DNA from: Patescibacteria group bacterium
Lineage (GTDB): Bacteria; Patescibacteriota; Minisyncoccia; UBA6257; 2-01-FULL-56-20
Direction of reading: 5' to 3'
Assembly (NCBI GenBank): GCA_028865305.1
Contig: JAGWKM010000001.1
Location: forward strand, 34,168-98,167
DNA length: 64,000 bases
The position numbers and the translations under genes are program-made. Within the stretch, counting starts at the first letter, position 1. Every line of letters begins with the position of its first letter. The notes under the pieces were generated by a model, which had not been told where the DNA came from, did not search any database, and worked only from the letters and a program-made list of their open reading frames with translations. Below, one piece after another: positions 54,746 through 64,000 of this stretch.

Positions 54746-56542
54746 ATGGAAACGAAGAAGTTTACCCGGAAGGCTTGGGAGATATTCTCTCCTTTTAAAA
54801 AGGATATGGCTGCGGTTTTCGCATTCCTTATCCTCCAGCAAGGGTTGGCATTGGTCTCGCCCTATATTCAAGGGAAGGTAATTGATTGCGTTTTTTCGCA
54901 CAGACCGATCCAGCAGACGCTCCGGTTTGCATGGATTGCGCTTTTCCTGTATCTGGCGCAAACCGCCGTGAACCGGTTGCGCGATCTTTTTGAAATCCAA
55001 CATTTGGATTTCAAGCTGGGGCGCCGTAGCGCGCATGTCGCCATGAAGAAAGTGTTGAGCTTTTCCATAAGCCAACACACAAATCAGCATTCCGGCATTA
55101 AGGAGGCGATTATGAACCGTGGCGAGCAATCATTGTCGTCCCTGGTTTACTCTTTCCTGTACGATCTCGCGCCGCTCGTGATTGAGGTTATCATTATGGT
55201 CACGGCGCTCCTTTGGCTCAGCGCGTTGCTTGGTTTTATCGTGTCCTTGGGCATCTCCATTTTTTGCTTCGGGACATTTCGTCTCAATACCAGGTTTAGG
55301 CCTCAACTGAAAACGCTCGAGGATATGCAGACCGAGTCGAGCCGTGTCCAGCGGGAAGTCATCAATAACGCGACGCTCGTCATATCAAACGCCCAGGAGC
55401 ATCGGGCAGCACAGGAATGCGACGAGTCGATCGGCAAGAACTCTTCCTTTGCGGAAAAACTCTGGACTGCGATGATGCATATTGCCTTCGGCAATGATAT
55501 CCTGCTCGGACTGACCCGTGCAGCAGTCATGTTTGCCGGAATCATCTGCGTCTACGCCAAATGGTACACTCCCGGTTCACTCATTATTTTTTGGTCTTGG
55601 TCGGGCAACGCACTCGGAAGGGTTGCGAATGTTAGGCCAATCCACCGGAGGATGATGGGTCTTTTTGCTTCGGTGCGGAAATATTTCGATATGCTTGACG
55701 TGGAACCGGATGTGAAAACCGTCCAGAATCCCGTCAGGCCGGAACGGTTTTTGGGAGAAATTGAATTCCGGAATGTGGTACTGAAGTATCGCACCCGGTC
55801 TTACTTTAAGGGCGGCGAGATTGTTGAATCTTCGCACGCTTCGGTTCGGCCGGCGCTTGCGGGGATCAGTTTTACGGTCAGGGCAGGAGAAACGGTTGCC
55901 ATCGTCGGAGAATCCGGCGCGGGCAAATCAACGCTGGTGCATGCTCTGCTTCGGGGGCAGGACCTGGATGAAGGCCAGATCCTGATCGACGGTCATGATC
56001 TTCGCCTCCTAGATCTTAAACAATTCCGCGAATCGGTCGGATTGGTGGAGCAGCACGTTCCGCTATTTGACCATACGCTCCGTTACAACATCACGTATGG
56101 CCTGAATGGACATGCTGTTGACTTCACGGATGAACAGCTTGCTGCAGTTTCCGAAGCGGCATGCCTGAATCGATTTTTCCACAAATTGGAAAAGGGATTC
56201 GATACCGTTATCGGCGAGCGCGGCGTAAAATTGTCCGGCGGTGAGCGCCAACGGGTCGGAATAGCGCGCGCGTTGGCGAAAGAGCCGGCAATCCTGGTCT
56301 TTGATGAAGCAACTAGCAATCTCGATGCAAAAAATGAGGCTTTGATCAGGGAATCCTTCCGGCGGGCATCGCAAGGCAGGACAACGCTTATTATCGCCCA
56401 TCGCCTCAGCACCATCCAACAGGCAAACCGTATCATTGTCCTCGACGAGGGGAAAGTTGTCGGCCAAGGATCGCATCAGGATCTTATTTCTAACTGCGCA
56501 CCCTACCGGGAGCTTCTCCAATACCAAGTTTCATCGTTTTAA
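54746..56542 (+). CDS. ABC exporter, fused permease/ATPase
   Basis: TMD then GESGAGKST, LSGGERQR, FDEATS, AHRLST. Confidence 0.95.
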   Translation: METKKFTRKAWEIFSPFKKDMAAVFAFLILQQGLALVSPYIQGKVIDCVFSHRPIQQTLRFAWIALFLYLAQTAVNRLRDLFEIQHLDFKLGRRSAHVAMKKVLSFSISQHTNQHSGIKEAIMNRGEQSLSSLVYSFLYDLAPLVIEVIIMVTALLWLSALLGFIVSLGISIFCFGTFRLNTRFRPQLKTLEDMQTESSRVQREVINNATLVISNAQEHRAAQECDESIGKNSSFAEKLWTAMMHIAFGNDILLGLTRAAVMFAGIICVYAKWYTPGSLIIFWSWSGNALGRVANVRPIHRRMMGLFASVRKYFDMLDVEPDVKTVQNPVRPERFLGEIEFRNVVLKYRTRSYFKGGEIVESSHASVRPALAGISFTVRAGETVAIVGESGAGKSTLVHALLRGQDLDEGQILIDGHDLRLLDLKQFRESVGLVEQHVPLFDHTLRYNITYGLNGHAVDFTDEQLAAVSEAACLNRFFHKLEKGFDTVIGERGVKLSGGERQRVGIARALAKEPAILVFDEATSNLDAKNEALIRESFRRASQGRTTLIIAHRLSTIQQANRIIVLDEGKVVGQGSHQDLISNCAPYRELLQYQVSSF

Positions 56543-56633
56543 AGTTTGACGACTGGCGGGACTCTTCGGAGCCCCGCTTTTTATTTGACATTCCTGGGTT
56601 CGGGGCGGAAGATGGAATCAGGACTTTGGATAT

Positions 56634-57014
56634 ATGACTGCGGAAAATAGGGTTGTGGCGCTTCTTGTCTGCATCCTGAGCTGTCTTCCGGAAAGGATGA
56701 AAGACCAGATTACGGTTTATGTCGATTATCGGCAGCTTGATCGCGCGCTTCACCGGATGATCATGGCGGATATCTTTCCAGATTGGTTTTCGCGCGGGTT
56801 TTCTTACGATTCGCTGCACTGTTTTTTGGGAGGTCTTCGGGATGCGCTTTCGCTTGCGGTTTCGAGTGATTTCATCCAATACGATGGGACGTATTTTGAC
56901 TATCATATTATGGTGGATGCCCGGGTCCGCAGGTTCCTTCTGAGGCGGATTTCCGTTTCGGAAGAAAGCGTTATGCAGTGGGCGGATGATTTGGGGAATC
57001 GCTTGCGCTTGTGA
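56634..57014 (+). CDS. hypothetical protein
   Basis: 126-aa ORF between two terminator-like hairpins. Confidence 0.55.
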   Translation: MTAENRVVALLVCILSCLPERMKDQITVYVDYRQLDRALHRMIMADIFPDWFSRGFSYDSLHCFLGGLRDALSLAVSSDFIQYDGTYFDYHIMVDARVRRFLLRRISVSEESVMQWADDLGNRLRL

Positions 57015-57108
57015 GAGCGGAATATGGGCGCCGCATGTCTTTGATATGCGGTTTTTTTAATCCACAGATTATTTGACTTCAAAAAAAAGCATTTGCTAAA
57101 ATGATGGC

Positions 57109-57918
57109 ATGGAACATAAACACAGCGAGGAGCAGGCGGTTGGACAGGAGGAAGTAGTGGTCGTGAGCCAATCGGGCGGCACGAGGTCGGATCGGTTCCT
57201 GCCGATCAGCATCTTGGTCGCGGCAATCGTGATCGGGGGTTCGATCCTATTTTCCTCTTTGTATAAAGGCGGCGCGGCTGGCGGGCAAGCAGCGGGCGCC
57301 GGCGCGGCGGCGCAGGGCCAGCAAGGGGCCGCGGGGCAGCCGGCGGTGAATGCGGCGGCGGTCATGCAGCTTGGGCCGCGTGACGCTATCCTCGGCAATC
57401 CGAACGCGAAAGTGACGCTCGTTGAATACGGCGATTACCAGTGCCCGTTCTGCGGCATCGAATTCTTCGCGAAAACCGAACCGCAGATCATCCAGAATTA
57501 CGTGAACACGGGCAAGGTGCGCTATGTATTCCGCGATTTTGCCTTCCTCGGGGCCGAATCGACGGCGGCGGCGAACGCTGCGCAGTGCGCGGAAGACCAG
57601 AACAAGCTCTGGCCGTACCATGACGCGCTCTATACCGCGAAGGTTGCGAATGATAAGAATGGCGGCGGTGAAAACGACGGTTTTTTCTCGACGGCGGAAC
57701 TTTTGAAGGTTGGGCAGCAATTAGGGCTTGATATGTCTAAATTTACGCCCTGCGTCCAGAATCAAAGCGATTTGAATATCGTGAACCAGGAGAAATCGGC
57801 GGCTACTGCGGCAGGCATCAATTCAACGCCGACTTTCTTCGTCAATGGAACACAGATTTTGGGAGCGCAGCCTTATTCGCAATTCCAGAGCGTTATTGAT
57901 GCGGCGTTGAAAGCGTAA
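57109..57918 (+). CDS. DsbA/BdbD family thiol-disulfide oxidoreductase
   Basis: TM anchor, EYGDYQCPFC, STPTFFVNG, GAQPY. Confidence 0.93.
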   Translation: MEHKHSEEQAVGQEEVVVVSQSGGTRSDRFLPISILVAAIVIGGSILFSSLYKGGAAGGQAAGAGAAAQGQQGAAGQPAVNAAAVMQLGPRDAILGNPNAKVTLVEYGDYQCPFCGIEFFAKTEPQIIQNYVNTGKVRYVFRDFAFLGAESTAAANAAQCAEDQNKLWPYHDALYTAKVANDKNGGGENDGFFSTAELLKVGQQLGLDMSKFTPCVQNQSDLNIVNQEKSAATAAGINSTPTFFVNGTQILGAQPYSQFQSVIDAALKA

Positions 57919-57923
57919 AAATA

Positions 57924-57991
57924 GTAGAATGTAGAAAGTAGAACGTAGAAAGGGATTACCCATTCTACATTCTACATTTTGCATTCTACAT
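57924..57991. repeat. inverted heptamer pair (GTAGAAN)n / (CATTCTA)n
   Basis: GTAGAAT GTAGAAA GTAGAAC GTAGAAA ... CATTCTA CATTCTA CATTTTG CATTCTA. Confidence 0.92.
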
Positions 57992-57995
57992 CAGC

Positions 57996-58163
57996 ATGAA
58001 ACCCTGGCTCTCCATCGCGCTTGGTGCTTGGCTCATCATTTCTCCATGGGTTTTCGGCTATGCTGATTTTACGTTTGCAAAGTGGAGCAATGTGATTGTT
58101 GGGTTGGTCTTGGTTATTGCGAACGCTTGGAGAGTTTCGGAACCGGAGGCGAAAGGTCGTTAA
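57996..58163 (+). CDS. SPW repeat membrane protein (55 aa, below ORF-track cutoff)
   Basis: MKPWLSIALGAWLIISPWVFGY...WSNVIVG. Confidence 0.85.
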   Translation: MKPWLSIALGAWLIISPWVFGYADFTFAKWSNVIVGLVLVIANAWRVSEPEAKGR

Positions 58164-58170
58164 ATAGAGA

Positions 58171-58324
58171 AGTTTTCAGTTTTCAGTTTTCAGTCAATGA
58201 TCCTTCCATATTAAATTTTCATTAAGTAAAAAAGATTATATTCGACGATCGTCGGATATAATCCGCGTCAGTCAAATAGTGTCTCAATTAAAAACTGTAA
58301 ATTGAAAATTGAAACTTAAAAACT
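58171..58324. repeat. composite element: TTTTCAG array, palindrome (58234-58263), TTGAAAA array
   Basis: GATTATATTCGACGATCGTCGGATATAATC. Confidence 0.9.
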
Positions 58325-58330
58325 ATTCCC

Positions 58331-58564
58331 ATGGTAAAAATTTATACAACTCCTACTTGCGTATTCTGTCGGATGGCGAAGGAATACTTCAACAAAAATG
58401 GCGTGCAGTATGAGGAGGCCAATGTATTGACCGACCTCGCGGCGCGCAAGGAGATGTTCGATAAATCGCATCAGATGGGCGTGCCGGTGATTGACGTGAA
58501 CGGCAAAATCATCGTCGGTTTCGACCAGGATACGGTTGATGGAGCGCTTAATTTGAAGAAATAA
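58331..58564 (+). CDS. NrdH-like glutaredoxin
   Basis: YTTPTCVFC, QMGVPVI, VGFD. Confidence 0.93.
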   Translation: MVKIYTTPTCVFCRMAKEYFNKNGVQYEEANVLTDLAARKEMFDKSHQMGVPVIDVNGKIIVGFDQDTVDGALNLKK

Positions 58565-58746
58565 ACCAAAAACGGGCTTTTAAAAACGGTTAGTTGTATT
58601 GGCCGTTTTCAAAAGCCCGTTTTTGGTTTATTTCTATCATCCTCGCACTGTGGCCGCCATAGATCAGCAACGGCAGGAAGGCCGGCATGCATACTTTCAA
58701 ACAAAAAGCCATTCCGAAGAATGGCGGTAAGAATCAGGAAGCGGCG

Positions 58747-59172
58747 TTAATGGTTGAAATTTCGAATTTCTTCTTCGGTCATGCCGAGGTGCAGCCCTAT
58801 GCCGGCGAGAACTTCCTTGATTTCGTTGATGCTTTTTCTCCCCAAAACTCTCGGTTTCATGAGATCTGCTTCAGTTTTCCGTACTAGTTCGCCGATTAAA
58901 GTCACGCCAGCATTTTTTATCGCGTTGTAAGATGGGCAACTCAGTTCAAGCATGTCCGTTGACTGGCCGAACATTGGATGCTGTTGGGATTTGAGCGGTA
59001 GATCAGATTTCAACTCCAATTTTTGGAGCGTCTCATTGATGGAATGAATCGCTATGACGTACCGGCTGAGTTCGGCAATTTTGATTTGGAGCAGTTTATT
59101 TTCTTTGACCAGATTCTCGTGCTCTTCGATGAATTTTTTGAATCCCTCCAGTGTTGGTTCGGGAATACTCAT
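58747..59172 (-). CDS. protein with RNA polymerase alpha C-terminal-domain-like module
   Basis: LELS..SYN.IKNAG...IGELV.KTEADL.K...LGRKSINEIKEVL...GL.LGM. Confidence 0.8.
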   Translation of the reverse strand: MSIPEPTLEGFKKFIEEHENLVKENKLLQIKIAELSRYVIAIHSINETLQKLELKSDLPLKSQQHPMFGQSTDMLELSCPSYNAIKNAGVTLIGELVRKTEADLMKPRVLGRKSINEIKEVLAGIGLHLGMTEEEIRNFNH

Positions 59173-59304
59173 GATTCAATTCTCCTTCGTGAACTGCCGA
59201 TAAATTAACACAATTAGAGAATTCTTGCAATATCGACGATGAGCATGTCGGTTGATATTATTAGATTATTAAATTAATTTGTGCGTGCAGGAATTTATAA
59301 ACTT

Positions 59305-60234
59305 ATGTATGACTTAATCATTATCGGCGGTGGGCCGGGCGGTGTGGCTGCTGGGATATATGCCGCGCGGAAGAAAATGAAAACGTTGCTCATCACCGAC
59401 ACCTTCGGCGGACAGTCGGTGGTTTCAGCCGACGTGCAGAATTGGATTGGCACGAAGTCGATCTCTGGTTTCGATCTGGCAAAATCGTTAGAGGAGCACC
59501 TGCGCGCCCAACAGGGAATTGAAATCGATGAAAACGATTTGGTAACCGAAATCCAAAAAAAGATTATATCCGACGATCGTCAAATACCATCCTTTTTGAT
59601 AAAAACAAAAAAAGGAAAGGAGTTCGAGACAAAGCATGTCCTGCTTGCCTCCGGCAGCCGGCACAAAAAACTTGACGTGCCCGGTGAAAAAGAACTGGAC
59701 GGCAAGGGCGTGGTTTATTGCTCCATTTGCGATGCGCCGCTTTTTGAAGGGAAGACCGTGGCGGTTGTCGGCGGCGGGAACTCGGCGCTCGAAGCCGTTT
59801 TGGATGCGATTCCTTATGCTTCAAAAATTTATGTGTTGGTCCGTTCGGCGCTGAAGGGCGATCCGGTGACGCAGGACAAGGTGAAGGCGCATCCGAACGT
59901 GGAAATAATCCTGGGAGCGACGCCCGAAGAAATCATCGGGAAAGATACGGTTACTGGGATCCGTTATCTTGCGAACGGCGAGTCGAAAACATTGAATGTG
60001 GATGGCGTATTCGTGGAGATCGGCCAGGCGCCGAATTCGGATTTTGTGAAAGATTTGGTCAAACTGGATGATTACGGCCACGTTGCGGTCGACCATAAAA
60101 CCCAGCAAACTTCCTGTCCGGGCATTTGGGCGGCCGGCGACATAACCGACCAGCCGTATCGGCAGAACAATATTTCGGTGGGCGATGCCGTGAAGGCAAC
60201 GCTCAATATTTACGATCGGGTGAAGATGCAATAA
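59305..60234 (+). CDS. trxB: thioredoxin reductase
   Basis: GGGPGG, CSICD, GGGNSA, WAAGD. Confidence 0.92.
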   Translation: MYDLIIIGGGPGGVAAGIYAARKKMKTLLITDTFGGQSVVSADVQNWIGTKSISGFDLAKSLEEHLRAQQGIEIDENDLVTEIQKKIISDDRQIPSFLIKTKKGKEFETKHVLLASGSRHKKLDVPGEKELDGKGVVYCSICDAPLFEGKTVAVVGGGNSALEAVLDAIPYASKIYVLVRSALKGDPVTQDKVKAHPNVEIILGATPEEIIGKDTVTGIRYLANGESKTLNVDGVFVEIGQAPNSDFVKDLVKLDDYGHVAVDHKTQQTSCPGIWAAGDITDQPYRQNNISVGDAVKATLNIYDRVKMQ

Positions 60235-60267
60235 AAAGAGCGCGGCATTGAAGCGGCGCCCATGGTA

Positions 60268-60891
60268 TCACAAAGAGCTTGAAGGAGCGGTTAATCCCGG
60301 ATATCCATGGTCCAACTCGTATTGGAGGTTTTGGATAACCTCGAGAATTATTTTGCGTGTTTCGAGCGGGATTGGCGTCTTCTGATTTTGGAGTATCCGT
60401 TCCAGCCGTCGCAGGATGATCCCTTTTCCACCGGGAGATATCACTGCCCCGTCGATGATTTTAAGGTAAGCTTGGATTTGGCCTCCCAGGTAAACGAACT
60501 TATGCCGGCACTTTGGTTCAAACTTCTCCATGGTCGACTCCAGCAGCCGCATGGTCAATTCCAAAGGCAGCTTCTTATCGCCATTAACCATTGGGTGATC
60601 TAATTCGGCGCGGAGGTTCTGGGCAACATTTTGGATGGTCTCTGCAACTTGGTACGGCAAATTATCCGATCTCGCCTCAAGGATTTCGAGCTTTTTGAGC
60701 GCAAGCTGCTTGTGTGCGGGAGCGGCAATCGATTCCCCGATGATGCGCAAGTAACCGTGCATGGCTCCGGTCAGGTAGGGGAGCTTGTTTCCGATCGCCA
60801 GTTTGCGGTCTTCGGCTGCGAGCTCCAGCAATTGCAGCGCTAGCTCCACCGGCATCTTTTTTTTAAATTGGTTCACCGTGAGTCCCTCCAC
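60268..60891 (-). CDS. hypothetical protein with tandem duplicated helical domain
   Basis: KKMPVEL...YL.G....YLRII...QNL..ELDH repeated twice. Confidence 0.7.
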   Translation of the reverse strand: MEGLTVNQFKKKMPVELALQLLELAAEDRKLAIGNKLPYLTGAMHGYLRIIGESIAAPAHKQLALKKLEILEARSDNLPYQVAETIQNVAQNLRAELDHPMVNGDKKLPLELTMRLLESTMEKFEPKCRHKFVYLGGQIQAYLKIIDGAVISPGGKGIILRRLERILQNQKTPIPLETRKIILEVIQNLQYELDHGYPGLTAPSSSL

Positions 60892-60961
60892 GGGATAATT
60901 TAAATTGTTTTTGAATGACTGTCAATATTGACGCACGGGGATTCATGAATAAAATGGTGAA

Positions 60962-60988
60962 TTGGCACTCAAAGGTCGGAAGTGCTAA
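60962..60988 (+). promoter_or_regulatory. CIRCE (HrcA operator) downstream of sigma70 promoter
   Basis: TTGGCACTC-N9-AAGTGCTAA; TTGACG..TAAAAT at 60928-60955. Confidence 0.9.
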
Positions 60989-61071
60989 TAACGGTGACAT
61001 GGCTCATGCGACATGGATAAAGGGTTACCCCTGTCCCATTGGCCATGAGACCTGCCACAAAAAAAATAAAT

Positions 61072-61362
61072 ATGAACTTAAAACCAATATCAAACCATTT
61101 GATCCTCCAGCCGCTTGAGGAAGAGAAGACGACGAAGAGCGGCATCGTGCTGCCGGAGACGGCGGAGAAAGAAAAGCCCATCAAGGGCAAGGTGCTTGCG
61201 GTTGGGCCGGGAAAAACCATGGAGAACGGTTTGGTGAAACCCATGTCGGTCAAGGTCGGCGACATGGTCCTTTTTAAGAAATACGGGCCGGACGAGATCG
61301 AAATCGAAGGAGAGAAATATCTCGTCGGCGATGAGGAGGATATTTTGGCGGTAATTGAATAA
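61072..61362 (+). CDS. groS: co-chaperonin GroES
   Basis: TKSGIVLP.TAEKEKP, AVGPG, VKVGD. Confidence 0.97.
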   Translation: MNLKPISNHLILQPLEEEKTTKSGIVLPETAEKEKPIKGKVLAVGPGKTMENGLVKPMSVKVGDMVLFKKYGPDEIEIEGEKYLVGDEEDILAVIE

Positions 61363-61376
61363 TAAGAAGAATGTAG

Positions 61377-63101
<1,725 letters not shown>

Positions 63102-63351
63102 ATAAAGAGGAAAACGGGACCGGTGCGCGCTTTTGAAAACAGGAAGATTTGAGTTGGCTGTTTTTAAAAGCGCGCGGCGGTCCCGTTTTCGTTTCTATTA
63201 TTTGCGCGAGGTTGCATGCATTTTCGATGTGCGACCACTAATTCACGGCCGTGAATTACGGGACTTTCGTATAAAAAAGGGGCGGCGGGCATTGTTCTTT
63301 CTGTCATCGCCGAAAGCAGGAATCCAGATTTGATTATGTTATAATGAAAAT

Positions 63352-63744
63352 ATGATAAATTTTCTCCGCGGAGAAACATCGAGAAGCACAGGATTGTTTA
63401 TCCTCCGATTTGCGTTTGGCTACCAATTTTTGTCGTACGTTTATGCGCTTATTATGAATATTCCATTAAACGAAGGATTTATGACGACTTATTTCGCCAT
63501 TGGCTTGGCACTGTTTTCCATTGTTGGCATTCTCATGTTATTGGGATTGGGAACGCGTATTATTGCTTTGATTTCATTCCTATATTTTCAGGCATTCCAG
63601 TTTTTTGGATACGGAGTGACGATTTGGAGTTTTCCACTGACGTTGCTTTTCCTTATCCCCGTTTTCCTCGGTTCAGGGAAATATTCCTTGGATTATTTGA
63701 TAGTTCGCAAAAGGCAGGCAAAGATACCGGCGGCGGCAATTTGA
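63352..63744 (+). CDS. DoxX-like membrane protein
   Basis: LRF..G, LLGLGTRI.A, GSGKYSLD. Confidence 0.8.
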   Translation: MINFLRGETSRSTGLFILRFAFGYQFLSYVYALIMNIPLNEGFMTTYFAIGLALFSIVGILMLLGLGTRIIALISFLYFQAFQFFGYGVTIWSFPLTLLFLIPVFLGSGKYSLDYLIVRKRQAKIPAAAI

Positions 63745-63837
63745 AAATTTGAAAAAATTGTTTGATTTTCATTTGCGCGAAGCTATATGCATTTGGATAC
63801 GCAAAACGCCGTTTGGAATGCGGCGTTTTGCTGCCCG

Positions 63838-63912
63838 TGGATCCGGCGGGAGTTGCACCCGCTTTCTCTGTTTACCAAAGACAGGATCTTACTCCGTATA
63901 AACGACGGACCC
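63838..63912 (-). tRNA. atypical tRNA (central triplet TGG, Ala-like acceptor stem)
   Basis: GGGTCCG/CGGATCC-A acceptor, GCGGG-TGCAACT-CCCGC T-arm, CTGT-CTTTGGTAA-ACAG anticodon arm. Confidence 0.7.
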
Positions 63913-64000
63913 GAATACCACGAACGAGGTCATTTTAAGGTTTCGAATATGAACAAAAAATAACAAATTTCTGAACAAAATTTAATGAAATTTGAAAAAA

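Noticed and set aside
26848-58264. Palindromic ~30-34-bp repeats as a CRISPR array
   Set aside because: Copies are dispersed kilobases apart with no spacer periodicity and no cas genes
63838-63912. tmRNA 3' end
   Set aside because: The matching 5' acceptor strand lies only ~70 nt away, giving a self-contained cloverleaf with no tag region

Overview
Chromosomal window of a Patescibacteria (CPR, Parcubacteria-like) genome. The lineage is inferred from gene content: IleRS2 with a domain insertion, membrane-anchored Clp ATPase, DsbA/SPW/NrdH/TrxB block, stand-alone 5'-3' exonuclease and mostly SD-less starts. It carries the end of a surface-glycan cluster, housekeeping genes (tsaE, ruvB, gpmI, rny, pyrG, holA, rpsT, ruvA, murE, polX, secG, rnj, trpS, ileS, argS, trxB, groSL), two standard tRNAs, one atypical tRNA and scattered AT-rich orphan genes. 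No transposase, integrase, Cas gene or CRISPR array was seen. The main unexplained signal is non-genic. (1) Many different strand-asymmetric 7-nt tandem repeats are inserted in frame into at least 10 proteins. They also form inverted hairpin pairs between co-oriented genes, sometimes wrapped round a 34-bp palindrome that has also entered trxB. (2) Two diverged copies of a ~450-490-nt multi-stem element show compensatory changes and carry a tRNA T-arm-like module. (3) A ~180-nt structured orphan RNA follows a consensus promoter. (4) A tRNA combines Ala acceptor identity with a non-Ala anticodon loop. All calls come from reading the sequence by eye; no searches or folding programs were run.
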